Shown here: positions 45,811 to 55,440 of the stretch, in pieces
How positions within the stretch are numbered: position 1 is the stretch's first letter
Layout of the letters: each line of letters begins with the position of its first letter
Assembly (NCBI RefSeq): GCF_025354435.1
Contig: NZ_JANXMU010000024.1
Coordinates: 2,949-66,948, forward strand
Reading direction: 5' to 3'
DNA from: Rhodoferax sp.
Lineage (GTDB): Bacteria > Pseudomonadota > Gammaproteobacteria > Burkholderiales > Burkholderiaceae_C
DNA: 64,000 nucleotides
The notes under the pieces: model-generated
The model's database searches: none
Seen by the model: only the letters and a program-made list of their open reading frames with translations
Told to the model about the DNA's origin: nothing
Translations under genes and position numbers: made by a program

Positions 45811-47483
45811 TTCTTCTCCTCGGGTTTGCCGCGCAGCAGCGACTCGGGGTGCTGCTCCAGGTAGTCGGTCAGCACCTTGATGGATGCAGCGGCGCGGTTG
45901 ACCTCGCGCAGGGTCTGGCGCAGGTCTTGTTGCAGGGGCGCGTCGTCGGACAGGGTGCGGCCCGCCGAGCCCAGCGTGGCGTTGGCGGTGGCTAGGGTGG
46001 TGCGCAGGTCTTGGATCGCTGCGGTGATCTCGGGGGCGGTGTCGGTGTTGAGCTTTTTCACCAGCTGCTCGGTGCTGGCCAGGGTGCCGTTCAAGGTGGC
46101 CAGGGTGGTGCGCAGGTCGGTGCTGATTTGTTCAAACGGCACTTTGTTGATCTTGGCAACGATCTCCGACACCTGGGTTTGCAGCTCGTCCAGGCCATTG
46201 GGCAGGGTGGGCAGCTCGATCGGGTCGTCCGCCTTGCCCTGCACCGTGCTGGCGGCCGGTGCCTTGGGGAAGAAGTCCAGCGCTACATAGACTTGGCCGG
46301 TGAGCAAGTTGCCGGTGCGCAACTGGGCGCGCAGGCCTTTGCTGATCAAAAACTGGATGCGTTTGCGCTGGGCGGCAAGCGGTTCAGAGGCCGGGCCGTT
46401 GCTGGACGCGCGGCGCAGACGGTCGGGGTAGACCTCGATCAGCACCGGCATGCGGAAGTCGCGCCCGGCTTTGTCAAATTCGACACCGATGGACTTGACC
46501 GCGCCGATCACCACCCCGCGGAAGTCCACACTGGCACCGGGTGTCAGGCCGCGCAGCGACTGGTTGAAGTACAGCAGCAGCGTGTCGGCCGGGCCGTCTG
46601 GGGCTTTCATGGCGGTGGTTTCGTCGTCCGACAGGGTGAAGCTGGCGTTTTCGGCGGCTTCGACTCCGGGGTTGTCGTCGGGGGCGGCCAGGGCGATGCC
46701 ACCCACCACCACCGAGGTCAGCGATTGGGTGCGTAGCTTGAAGCCGCTGGCGTTGGCCTCTACATCGATGCCGCTGGCGTGCCAGAAGCGCGTGTTGGCT
46801 CCCACAAACTTTTCATACGGCGTGTTGATGAAGACGCTCAGGGTCACGCCCTTGCCGTCTTTGTCCAGCGCATAGGCCGCCACCTGGCCGACCTGGATGC
46901 GGCGGTAGTAGATGGGCGAGCCGATGTCGAGCGAGCCGACGTTGCTGGCGTGCAGCACAAACTGCCGTCCAGTGGTGTCGCGGGTGACGATGGGGGCCAC
47001 TTCCAGCCCGACAAATGAGCTGCTGGTTTCCTCGGACGCACCGGCATCGGCACGGATGTACGCGCCCGACAGCAAGGTCCCCAAGCCGCTGATACCGGCG
47101 GCTTCCAGGCGCGGGCGGATGACCCAGAAGCGGGTGTCGTCGGCGGTGAAGCTCTTGGCTTCTTTTTGCAGCCGCACCGACACCACCACGTGGGTGCGGT
47201 CCTCGGCCAGGGTGATGCTGCCCACGGTGCCGATGTCCACCTCTTTGTACTTCACCTTGGTTTTACCGGCCTCCAGCCCTTCGGCGGTGCGAAAGCTGAT
47301 GTCGATGGTTGGGCCCCGGCCCAGCACGGTTTTGACCACCAGGGTGATGCCCACCAGCGCGGCCACGATGGGGATGAGCCAGATCAACGAGGGCAGCCAG
47401 CTGCGCGCACGGGTGATGGTGGGCGTGGGCAGCTCGGGTGGCGTGTGGGATTCAGGCGGTGGGGGGGGGCTCATGCTGTCCAT
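45807..47483 (-). CDS. pqiB: PqiB-like intermembrane transport protein (multiple MCE domains)
   Basis: 558 aa. An N-terminal TM (WLPSLIWLIPIVAALVGITLVV) is followed by repeated MCE-like segments and a C-terminal helical region. Confidence 0.85.
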   Translation of the reverse strand: MDSMSPPPPPESHTPPELPTPTITRARSWLPSLIWLIPIVAALVGITLVVKTVLGRGPTIDISFRTAEGLEAGKTKVKYKEVDIGTVGSITLAEDRTHVVVSVRLQKEAKSFTADDTRFWVIRPRLEAAGISGLGTLLSGAYIRADAGASEETSSSFVGLEVAPIVTRDTTGRQFVLHASNVGSLDIGSPIYYRRIQVGQVAAYALDKDGKGVTLSVFINTPYEKFVGANTRFWHASGIDVEANASGFKLRTQSLTSVVVGGIALAAPDDNPGVEAAENASFTLSDDETTAMKAPDGPADTLLLYFNQSLRGLTPGASVDFRGVVIGAVKSIGVEFDKAGRDFRMPVLIEVYPDRLRRASSNGPASEPLAAQRKRIQFLISKGLRAQLRTGNLLTGQVYVALDFFPKAPAASTVQGKADDPIELPTLPNGLDELQTQVSEIVAKINKVPFEQISTDLRTTLATLNGTLASTEQLVKKLNTDTAPEITAAIQDLRTTLATANATLGSAGRTLSDDAPLQQDLRQTLREVNRAAASIKVLTDYLEQHPESLLRGKPEEKK

Positions 47484-48132
47484 TGTGCTTGGGGAGAGGG
47501 GGGAGTTCGGAAGAAGGCGGGGGTTGCGGGCCGTCCCAGGTCAGGCGCGGGTCAAAGCTTAACGAGGCCAGCATGGTCAGCACCACCACCGAACCAAAAG
47601 CGGCAATGCCGACCCCGGCGGTGACTTCGGCAAAGCCCTGGATGCGCACCAGCCCGGCCAGCAGCGACACCACAAACACGTCCAGCATCGACCAGCGGCC
47701 AATCACCTCGACGATGCGGTACAGCCGCGACCGGTCCAGCCGGTGGCGGCTGCTGCGCCGCTGGGCCATCCAGACCATGGTGGTCAGCGCGCCCAGCTTG
47801 AACAGGGGCACCAGAAAGCTGGCCACAAACACAATCGTCGCCAGGCCCCAGGCACCGGTCACCCAAAAGTAAATCACCCCGCTCAGAATCGTGTCGGTCT
47901 GGGTTTCCAGCAGGTTGCGGGTCACCATTACCGGCAGCAAGTTGGCCGGCAGGTACATGATGAAGGCCGCCGCCAGCAGCGCCCAGGTGCGGTTCAGGCT
48001 ATCGGGCTTGCGGCGGTGCAGGCGCGTGCCGCAGCGTTCGCAGGCCGCACCTTCGGCTGCGTCCTGCCAGACGGCACCACAGTGGTGGCAGCCCAGCAGG
48101 CCCAGGGAGGCGGCGGTGGTGGTCGGATTCAT
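47452..48132 (-). CDS. pqiA: Paraquat-inducible protein A family, second half-gene
   Basis: CHHCGAVW..CERCGTRLHRR zinc ribbon plus four TM segments. Confidence 0.8.
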   Translation of the reverse strand: MNPTTTAASLGLLGCHHCGAVWQDAAEGAACERCGTRLHRRKPDSLNRTWALLAAAFIMYLPANLLPVMVTRNLLETQTDTILSGVIYFWVTGAWGLATIVFVASFLVPLFKLGALTTMVWMAQRRSSRHRLDRSRLYRIVEVIGRWSMLDVFVVSLLAGLVRIQGFAEVTAGVGIAAFGSVVVLTMLASLSFDPRLTWDGPQPPPSSELPPLPKHNGQHEPPPTA

Positions 48133-48761
48133 GCCGGGGTTTGCGGCTCGGCAAACGCCAGATGCCAGAAGTTGCGCGGCTGGAACAACAAAATCGCCGT
48201 CAGCAGCACCGTCAGCGCCACGAACGCACCCAGCGCTGGGCCAGCAATCACCTCGGCCGAGCTGGTCAGCTTGACGATGGCCACCAAGATGCCCAGCAAG
48301 AACACCTCCACCATGCCCCAGGGCTGCAGCGACTGCAGCGCCTTCACCAGCAAGCCAAAGCCCCGCGGGCGGCGCTGGCGTGCCGGGGGCTGCGCCAGCG
48401 GAATGAGCAGGTACAGCAAGATCAGCAGCTGCAGCAGCGGAAACAGCAGGGTGGTGGCCAGCACCAGCATCGCCACCTCGCCCATTCCCTCGTCGGTCAG
48501 CGCTACCACCGCGCCGACCAGGGTGGTGGTGCTGTGTTTGCCACCAATCGCAATCGACACGATGGGAAACAGATTGGCCACCGCAAACATCACCAGCCCC
48601 GCCACCACCAGCGGCAGGATGCGCTTGTGGGCGTCGCCCATGTAGCGTTCCAGCTCCGTGCCGCAGCGCGTGCAGCGCGCCGTCTCGCCGCAGGCCAGCG
48701 GGGTCTTGGGGTACACGGCATCACAGCCTTCACAAATGACGACGTGGGGGACAAGGTGCAT
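48129..48761 (-). CDS. pqiA: Paraquat-inducible protein A family, first half-gene
   Basis: Internal ATG 48761 gives MHLVPHVVICEGCDAVY..CTRCGTELER plus TM segments. It overlaps the next gene (ATGA). Confidence 0.8.
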   Translation of the reverse strand: MHLVPHVVICEGCDAVYPKTPLACGETARCTRCGTELERYMGDAHKRILPLVVAGLVMFAVANLFPIVSIAIGGKHSTTTLVGAVVALTDEGMGEVAMLVLATTLLFPLLQLLILLYLLIPLAQPPARQRRPRGFGLLVKALQSLQPWGMVEVFLLGILVAIVKLTSSAEVIAGPALGAFVALTVLLTAILLFQPRNFWHLAFAEPQTPA

Positions 48762-48914
48762 GGCGGGTGGGGTTTGGCTCGGACTAAGTAGTGGAGCGTA
48801 CTTTAGTCGGTTTGGGCCTGCGGCTAGGTAGGTCATCGCTTCTGGGTAAACTCATTTGATGCATATCCATTTCCTGATGCCGCCGGGCTTCGCCATCCAC
48901 AGGACACCGTCCCC

Positions 48915-49415
48915 ATGAGCCGTGAACTGCGCGATGCGTTTGGCTGCTTTGCCACCGGCGTGACGCTGGTCACCACCCATTGGAATGGGCAGGATTGGGG
49001 CATGACCTGCAGCTCGTTCAACGCGGTGTCGCTGGACCCGGCCCTGGTGCTGTGGAATATCCGCCACAGCAGCGCCAGCCATGAGGCATTTGTGCGCGGC
49101 GGCGGCTACACGGTCAGCGTGCTGGGCATCGAGCACAAGGAACTCGCCCAAGCGTTTGCCCGGGGCACCCAGGCCGAGCGTTTTGCGGCGGGGCAGTTTA
49201 TGCGGCGGGACAACCAGCGTCTGCAACTGGTGGACGCGTTGGCCTGGTTTGACTGCACGCTGCAGCAGGCCGTTACCGCGGGCGACCACGACATCCTGAT
49301 CGGCCAGATTAACCACAGCGGCAGCCGCCTTGGCAAGGGGCTGGTGTTTGAACGCGGACAGTTTGCGGTCGACACGCTGGAGGTGGGCGTTGCGCCGACC
49401 TCGTCGTTTGAATGA
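48915..49415 (+). CDS. Flavin reductase family protein
   Basis: 166 aa. LRDAFGCFATGVTLVTT..GMTCSSFNAVSLDPALVLW.. Confidence 0.85.
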   Translation: MSRELRDAFGCFATGVTLVTTHWNGQDWGMTCSSFNAVSLDPALVLWNIRHSSASHEAFVRGGGYTVSVLGIEHKELAQAFARGTQAERFAAGQFMRRDNQRLQLVDALAWFDCTLQQAVTAGDHDILIGQINHSGSRLGKGLVFERGQFAVDTLEVGVAPTSSFE

Positions 49416-50191
49416 CCGATTGGATCGTCCCCGACTGGCCCGCACCCGCCCAGGTGCGCGCCGTGTTCACCACCCGCGCCGGGGGCGTATCGGCCGCGCC
49501 ATATGACGCACTTAACCTGGGCGACCATGTCGGCGATGTGCTGGCCGATGTGCAGGCCAACCGCGCCCGACTGGCCGATGCGATAGCCGCCCAGCCGGTG
49601 TTTCTACAGCAGGTGCATGGCCGCGTAGTGGCGCACCTGACCGGGCCGTCTCAGGCGCCGGTGGTGGCCGATGCCAGCTTCACCACCCAGCCCGGCATCG
49701 CCTGCACCGCCATGGTGGCCGACTGCCTGCCGGTGCTCTTCACCGACACACGGGGCACCGTGGTGGCTGCTGCGCACGCGGGCTGGCGTGGCCTGCTGGG
49801 GACGGACGGGCAGGGCGTGTTGGAATCAATTTATAAAGAAATAACAGTTCAGGCGCATGTGGCATCTGCACAAGCAGCTACAGAAATAATAGCGTGGCTG
49901 GGTCCGTGCATTGGACCAACCGCCTTCGAGGTGGGGCCGGAAGTGCCTGCCGCCTTCATTGCCCAGCAGCCCGAGGCCGCCGCGTTGTTTGTACGCCACG
50001 GCCCCGACAAATGGTTGGCTAATCTGCCAGGGCTGGCGCGGCTGCGTTTGCAGGCGCTGGGCTTGCAGGGCATTTACGGCAACGACGGCAGCCTGGACTG
50101 GTGCACCGTCAACCACCCCTCACGCTTCTTCTCGTACCGGCGCAGCGGGGTCTGTGGGCGCATGGCTGCCTGCATCTGGCTGCAGGCCTAG
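49412..50191 (+). CDS. pgeF: Peptidoglycan editing factor PgeF (YfiH/DUF152 family)
   Basis: 259 aa. ..VFTTRAGGVS..YDALNLGDHVGD..ADCLPVLF..AAHAGWRGL..FFSYRR..GRMAACIWL. Confidence 0.9.
   Translation: MTDWIVPDWPAPAQVRAVFTTRAGGVSAAPYDALNLGDHVGDVLADVQANRARLADAIAAQPVFLQQVHGRVVAHLTGPSQAPVVADASFTTQPGIACTAMVADCLPVLFTDTRGTVVAAAHAGWRGLLGTDGQGVLESIYKEITVQAHVASAQAATEIIAWLGPCIGPTAFEVGPEVPAAFIAQQPEAAALFVRHGPDKWLANLPGLARLRLQALGLQGIYGNDGSLDWCTVNHPSRFFSYRRSGVCGRMAACIWLQA
49829..49894 (+). repeat. AT-rich repeat family copy inside pgeF
   Basis: atttataaagaaataacagttcaggcgcatgtggcatctgcacaagcagctacagaaataatagcg. It encodes SIYKEITVQAHVASAQAATEIIA. Confidence 0.75.
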
Positions 50192-50392
50192 GGCCTGCTC
50201 GGCTGCCTCGCGCTTTTTGAGCGCCTTGCGCCGCCCGGGCGCACCCATCAGGTACACCACCAGCGACACTGGACCCAGGCCGTACAGTAGAAACGTGAAG
50301 ATGCCGCCTAGTACAGTACCGTTAGTATTGGTCGCCTCGGCGACAGCCATCATGAGGGCCACGTACAGCCAGCCAATCGGAACGATATACAT
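50120..50392 (-). CDS. Small two-TM membrane protein (hypothetical)
   Basis: 90 aa. MYIVPIGWLYVALMMAVAEA..VLGGIFTFLLYGLGPVSLVVYLMGA, then a basic stretch. It overlaps the pgeF 3' end by 72 bp (convergent). Confidence 0.5.
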   Translation of the reverse strand: MYIVPIGWLYVALMMAVAEATNTNGTVLGGIFTFLLYGLGPVSLVVYLMGAPGRRKALKKREAAEQALGLQPDAGSHAPTDPAAPVREEA

Positions 50393-50542
50393 ACAAATTG
50401 TTTCAAAAACAGAGTGGTCTACGCAGTTTCCGCAGGGTTTTAGGCCCAGGCGTCAGTTACTGTCTACAACCTAAAAACGACCTGTGCCCTGCACCATGTG
50501 CCGGATACCGGTCTTAAAAATACCGCTTTGTGAGGATTCACT

Positions 50543-52264
50543 ATGCATTCTGATCCAGACTGGGCCAAAACCGCCCAGCAATTCCAGCAGACCTTGGGCG
50601 ACACATGGACACGGGCCTGGGCCGATGCCGTCAAGCCCATCCAGGGGCTGGATTTGGGCGTGCCAGTGGGTGGCATGGCCGCCGCACCCCAGATCAATTT
50701 TTCCGCCGCCAAGCTGCAGGCTTTGCAAAAGCAGTATCTGGAAGAATCTGCTGCGCTGTGGAACCAGAGCATGGATGCCGCCGCCATCGCCAAAGACAAG
50801 CGTTTTTCGGCCAAGGCCTGGGCTGAAAATCCCCTCACCGCGTACAACGCCGCCTCGTACCTGCTGACCAGCCGCACCCTGATGGGCCTGGCCGATGCCG
50901 TCGAGGCCGACGACAAAACCCGCGCCCGCATCCAGTTTGCGGTGGAGCAGTGGATGGCCGCGTCTGCGCCCAGCAACTATCTGGCGATGAACGCTGATGC
51001 GCAAAAGAAGCTCATCGACACCCAGGGCGAAAGCCTGGCCAAGGGCCTGAAAAACCTGATGCACGACATGCAGCAAGGCCATGTGTCCATGACCGACGAA
51101 AGCCTGTTCGAGGTGGGCCGCAATGTGGCCACCACCGAAGGCGCGGTGGTGTTTGAGAACGAGTTGTTCCAACTGATCGAATACAAGCCGCTCACGGCCA
51201 AGGTCTACGCCAAGCCGTTCTTGCTGGTGCCACCCTGCATCAACAAGTATTACATCCTTGATCTGCAGCCCGAAAATTCGCTGATCCGCTATGCGGTGGA
51301 ACAGGGCAACCGCACCTTTGTGGTCAGTTGGCGCAACCCCGACAAGTCCATGGGCGACAAGACCTGGGACAACTACATCGAAGACGCTGCTATTAAATCA
51401 ATAGCTGTCACCCAAGAGATTACGGGTGCCAAGACCATCAATGCCCTGGGATTTTGCGTGGGCGGCACTATCCTGAGCACGGCCGTGGCCGTGCTGGCGG
51501 CGCGCGGCGAAAAGCCGGTTTCCAGCCTGACCCTGCTGACCACGCTACTGGACTTCACCGACACCGGCATCATCGACATCTTTGTGGATGAGGCCATGGT
51601 GCAGTACCGCGAAAAGCAAATGGGCAAGGGCGGCCTGTTGCCCGGCGGCGATTTGTCTAGCACCTTCAGCTTCTTGCGCCCGAATGATTTGGTGTGGAAC
51701 TACGTGGTGGGCAACTACCTCAAGGGCGAAACCCCGCCGCCGTTTGACCTGTTGTACTGGAACAGCGACTCTACCAACCTGCCCGGCCCGTTTTATGCGT
51801 GGTATTTGCGCAATACCTATCTGGAAAACAAACTGGTGCAACCCGGCAAAGCTACCGTCTGCGGCGAAAAGATCGACCTGCGCAAGGTCGACATCCCTGC
51901 CTACATCTACGGATCGCGCGAAGACCACATCGTGCCGATTGGTGGTGCCTACGCGTCCACCCAGCACCTGCCTGGCAAGAAGCGCTTTGTGATGGGGGCC
52001 TCGGGCCACATCGCGGGGGTCATCAACCCCCCGGCCAAAAAGAAGCGCAGCCACTGGATCAGCGATGCCACCACCTTCCCGGCCAAAGCCGAGGACTGGA
52101 TTGCCGGTGCCCAGGAACATGCCGGTAGCTGGTGGACCGACTGGTCGGCCTGGCTCAAAGGCCATGCGGGCAAGCAAATTGCCGCGCCCACCGAGTACGG
52201 AAACGCCGATTACAAGGCGATTGAACCCGCGCCGGGCCGCTACGTAAAAGCCCGCGCACAGTAG
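50543..52264 (+). CDS. phaC: Class I poly(3-hydroxyalkanoate) synthase
   Basis: 573 aa. The lipase-box-like motif is GFCVGGT. ..NKYYILDL..RNPD.. GAGGA lies upstream of the ATG. Confidence 0.95.
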   Translation: MHSDPDWAKTAQQFQQTLGDTWTRAWADAVKPIQGLDLGVPVGGMAAAPQINFSAAKLQALQKQYLEESAALWNQSMDAAAIAKDKRFSAKAWAENPLTAYNAASYLLTSRTLMGLADAVEADDKTRARIQFAVEQWMAASAPSNYLAMNADAQKKLIDTQGESLAKGLKNLMHDMQQGHVSMTDESLFEVGRNVATTEGAVVFENELFQLIEYKPLTAKVYAKPFLLVPPCINKYYILDLQPENSLIRYAVEQGNRTFVVSWRNPDKSMGDKTWDNYIEDAAIKSIAVTQEITGAKTINALGFCVGGTILSTAVAVLAARGEKPVSSLTLLTTLLDFTDTGIIDIFVDEAMVQYREKQMGKGGLLPGGDLSSTFSFLRPNDLVWNYVVGNYLKGETPPPFDLLYWNSDSTNLPGPFYAWYLRNTYLENKLVQPGKATVCGEKIDLRKVDIPAYIYGSREDHIVPIGGAYASTQHLPGKKRFVMGASGHIAGVINPPAKKKRSHWISDATTFPAKAEDWIAGAQEHAGSWWTDWSAWLKGHAGKQIAAPTEYGNADYKAIEPAPGRYVKARAQ

Positions 52265-52394
52265 AAGTCCGTATACAAAAGTCAGGGTACATGGCTCTAC
52301 ACTGAAGCGCTAATTAACCGTTCTGTACACGGTGCGGAACGCACCGGATTACTTTCCCCCGACCCCATTACCAACTAGACCCAGGAGCAAAAAA

Positions 52395-53573
52395 ATGGAA
52401 GACATCGTCATCGTTGCAGCGGCCCGTACCGCCGTCGGTAAATTCGGCGGCAGCCTCGCCAAGACACCGGCCACCGAACTCGGTGCCCACGTCATCAAAG
52501 AAGTGCTGGCCCGTAGCGGCCTGAGCGCTGAGCAGATCGGTGAAGTCATCATGGGCCAGGTGTTGGCCGCAGGCGCGGGCCAAAACCCGGCCCGCCAGTC
52601 CGTCATCAAGGGTGGCCTGAGCCAAGGCACCCCCGGCCTGACCATCAACGCGGTCTGCGGCTCCGGCCTGAAAGCCGTGATGTTGGCCGCCCAGGCTGTG
52701 GCCTATGGCGACAGCGAAATCGTGATCGCCGGTGGCCAGGAAAACATGAGCGCTTCGCCCCACGTTTTGCTGGGCAGCCGCGACGGCCAGCGCATGGGTG
52801 ACTGGAAGATGACCGACACCATGATCGTGGACGGCCTGTGGGACGTGTACAACCAGTACCACATGGGCATCACCGCCGAAAACGTGGCCAAAAAATACGG
52901 CATTACCCGCGACATGCAAGACGCGTTGGCCCTGGCCAGCCAGCAAAAAGCCGCTGCCGCACAGGAAGCCGGTCGTTTTGTGGCGGAGATCGCCCCCTTC
53001 AGCATTGCCCAGCGTAAGGGCGACCCGATCATCTTCTCGGCCGATGAGTTCATCAACAAGAAGACCACCGCCGAAGCCTTGGCCGGTCTGCGTCCCGCGT
53101 TCGACAAAGCCGGTGGCGTAACCGCTGGCAATGCGTCCGGCCTGAACGACGGCGCTGCCGCCGTGATGGTGATGACCGCCAAAAAAGCCGCCGCCCTGGG
53201 CCTGACCCCGCTGGGCCGCATCGCCAGCTTTGCCACCACCGGTCTGGACCCCGCCATCATGGGCATGGGCCCCGTGCCTGCGTCCACCAAAGCCCTGGCC
53301 CGCGCGGGCTGGAAGGCGCAAGACCTGGACTTGTTGGAAATCAACGAAGCCTTCGCCGCCCAGGCCTGCGCCGTGAACAACGAAATGGGCTGGGACACCA
53401 GCAAGGTCAACGTCAACGGCGGCGCGATTGCCATCGGCCACCCTATCGGTGCGTCCGGCTGCCGTATTTTGGTCACGCTGCTGCACGAAATGCAGCGCCG
53501 CGATGCCAAGAAGGGCATTGCCTCGCTGTGCATCGGCGGCGGCATGGGTGTTGCCTTGACGATCGAACGCTGA
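52395..53573 (+). CDS. phaA: Acetyl-CoA acetyltransferase (beta-ketothiolase)
   Basis: ATG 52395 follows AGGAG. MEDIVIVAAARTAVGKFGGSL..NAVCGSGLKA..GGGMGVALTIER. Confidence 0.95.
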   Translation: MEDIVIVAAARTAVGKFGGSLAKTPATELGAHVIKEVLARSGLSAEQIGEVIMGQVLAAGAGQNPARQSVIKGGLSQGTPGLTINAVCGSGLKAVMLAAQAVAYGDSEIVIAGGQENMSASPHVLLGSRDGQRMGDWKMTDTMIVDGLWDVYNQYHMGITAENVAKKYGITRDMQDALALASQQKAAAAQEAGRFVAEIAPFSIAQRKGDPIIFSADEFINKKTTAEALAGLRPAFDKAGGVTAGNASGLNDGAAAVMVMTAKKAAALGLTPLGRIASFATTGLDPAIMGMGPVPASTKALARAGWKAQDLDLLEINEAFAAQACAVNNEMGWDTSKVNVNGGAIAIGHPIGASGCRILVTLLHEMQRRDAKKGIASLCIGGGMGVALTIER

Positions 53574-53611
53574 TTTATTGCGTATTTTTTAAAACAAACA
53601 GGAGATAAAAC

Positions 53612-54349
53612 ATGACTCAAAAAGTAGCGTACGTGACCGGCGGCATGGGTGGTATCGGGACCGCCATCTGCCAACGCTTGCATGCCGACGGTTTTAAGGT
53701 CATCGCCGGTTGCGGCCCTACCCGCGACCACGCCAAGTGGATCGCCGAGCAGGCCGCGCTGGGCTTTACCTTCTACGCCTCGGTGGGCAATGTCGGCGCG
53801 TGGGATTCCACCGTAGAAGCCTTCACCAAGACCAAGGCCGAACACGGCGTGATCGACGTGCTGGTGAACAACGCCGGTATCACCAAGGACCGCATGTTCC
53901 TGAAGATGAGCCGCGAAGACTGGGATTCGGTGATCGAAACCAACCTGAACAGCATGTTCAATGTCACCAAGCAAGTGGTGGCTGACATGGTGGAAAAGGG
54001 CTGGGGCCGCATCATCAACATCTCTTCGGTCAACGGTGAAAAAGGCCAGGCTGGCCAGACCAACTACTCGGCTGCCAAGGCCGGTATGCACGGTTTCTCG
54101 ATGGCCCTGGCGCAAGAGCTGGCCACCAAGGGCGTGACGGTCAACACCGTCAGCCCCGGCTACATCGGCACCGACATGGTCAATGCCATCCGTGAAGACG
54201 TGCTGGCCAAGATCGTCGCCACCGTGCCCGTCAAGCGCTTGGGCAAGCCCAGCGAAATCGCCTCCATCATCGCCTGGCTGGCGTCCGAAGAAGGTGGCTA
54301 CGCTACTGGCGCGGACTTCTCCGTCAACGGTGGCCTGCACATGGGCTGA
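53612..54349 (+). CDS. phaB: Acetoacetyl-CoA reductase (SDR)
   Basis: 245 aa. VAYVTGGMGGIGTAI..NNAGIT..YSAAKAG.. Confidence 0.95.
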   Translation: MTQKVAYVTGGMGGIGTAICQRLHADGFKVIAGCGPTRDHAKWIAEQAALGFTFYASVGNVGAWDSTVEAFTKTKAEHGVIDVLVNNAGITKDRMFLKMSREDWDSVIETNLNSMFNVTKQVVADMVEKGWGRIINISSVNGEKGQAGQTNYSAAKAGMHGFSMALAQELATKGVTVNTVSPGYIGTDMVNAIREDVLAKIVATVPVKRLGKPSEIASIIAWLASEEGGYATGADFSVNGGLHMG

Positions 54350-54370
54350 TGGCTTCTGCCACGGCTTCTC

Positions 54371-54397
54371 AAAAACCCGCTTCGGCGGGTTTTTTTA
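54371..54397. terminator. Bidirectional Rho-independent terminator
   Basis: aaaAACCCGCttcgGCGGGTTttttt lies between phaB and the convergent LysR gene. Confidence 0.85.
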
Positions 54398-54411
54398 TGG
54401 TTGAAACCAGC

Positions 54412-55317
54412 TCAGTCTTCCTGCAGCGCCGCAAAGAGTTCGGCCAGGAAATCGACCAGAGCCCGCACCGAAGGCAGCAGGCCACGGCGCGAGGCGAACA
54501 CCGCGTGGATGATCTCGCGCGGTGGGGCCCAGCCCGGGATCACGTGCACCAGCTCGCCCCGCTCGCACTGCGTGCGTACCAGCATCCGGGGCAGTTGCAC
54601 GATGCCCACCCCGGCCAGCGCCGCCGCCCGCAGCGACTGCATGCTGCGGGTGACCAGGCGAGGTTGGTGGTGGATTGCCACCTGTGCACCGTCGGGGCCG
54701 ATGAGATTCCAGACATGTTCGTTCTGCGGCAGCCCCAGGTCCATGCTGGGCAGGCCGGCCAGGTCGGCCGGGGTGCGCGGCAGCCCGGTGGCCTCCAGCA
54801 AGCGCGGGCAGGCCACCAGGCACTGGCCGCGGTCGCCCAGCACCCGCATTACCAGGTCGCTGTCGGCTATGGGTGGAGGGCGCACGCGGATGGCGATGTC
54901 GATGCCTTCACCTACCACGTCCACCCGCCGGTTGGTTTCCTCCAGGTGGAGCTCGACCTGCGGATAGGCGACCATGAAGGCCGCCACCATTTCGCCCACT
55001 AGCGCATCCAGCAGCGCCACCGGGCAGGCCATGCGCACGGTGCCGCGCGGCTCCACGTGGGCCAGCGCGATGGCCTCGTCGGCCGCTTCGGCTTCTACCA
55101 GCATGGCCTTGCAGTGCCCGTAGTAGGTCTGGCCGCTGTCGGTCACCGTGAAGCTGCGGGTGGAGCGCTGGATCAGCCGCGTCCCCAGCCGCTCCTCCAG
55201 CAGTGCCACGCGGCGGCTGAGTTTGGACTTGGGCATGCCCAGCGCCCGGCCCGCAGGCGCAAAGCCGCCGTGCTCCACCACCTGGACAAAGTAATAGAGG
55301 TCGTTGAGGTCGCGCAT
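54412..55317 (-). CDS. LysR family transcriptional regulator
   Basis: ATG 55317 gives MRDLNDLYYFVQVVEHGGFAPAGRALGMPKSKLSRRVALLEERLG. Confidence 0.9.
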   Translation of the reverse strand: MRDLNDLYYFVQVVEHGGFAPAGRALGMPKSKLSRRVALLEERLGTRLIQRSTRSFTVTDSGQTYYGHCKAMLVEAEAADEAIALAHVEPRGTVRMACPVALLDALVGEMVAAFMVAYPQVELHLEETNRRVDVVGEGIDIAIRVRPPPIADSDLVMRVLGDRGQCLVACPRLLEATGLPRTPADLAGLPSMDLGLPQNEHVWNLIGPDGAQVAIHHQPRLVTRSMQSLRAAALAGVGIVQLPRMLVRTQCERGELVHVIPGWAPPREIIHAVFASRRGLLPSVRALVDFLAELFAALQED

Positions 55318-55335
55318 GCCTGTATTGTTCACCAA

Positions 55336-55384
55336 ATAGAACGCTGATGGCAAATTTAGCCTACTACCGGAGTCAGCGTTCTAT
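55336..55384. promoter_or_regulatory. 12-bp perfect inverted repeat in the LysR/pirin divergent promoter region
   Basis: ATAGAACGCTGA (55336..55347), then 25 nt, then TCAGCGTTCTAT (55373..55384). This could be a LysR operator pair, or a diverged member of the AT-rich repeat family (its ATAG..GCT arms are similar). Confidence 0.45.
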
Positions 55385-55440
55385 ATTTATGATTCAGGCA
55401 TGGGGTAAAGCCATCGTTTTACCCACTACAGGAGAAGACC

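Noticed and set aside
52703-54340. A 545-aa minus-strand ORF, and similar long antisense ORFs at 16321..17736, 20008..21258, 34042..35085, 23318..24340 and 26827..28071
   Set aside because: All lie opposite strongly supported genes (phaA/phaB, ABC transporters, ilvA, gspE, gspN/M) and lack motifs. They are artefacts of high GC content.
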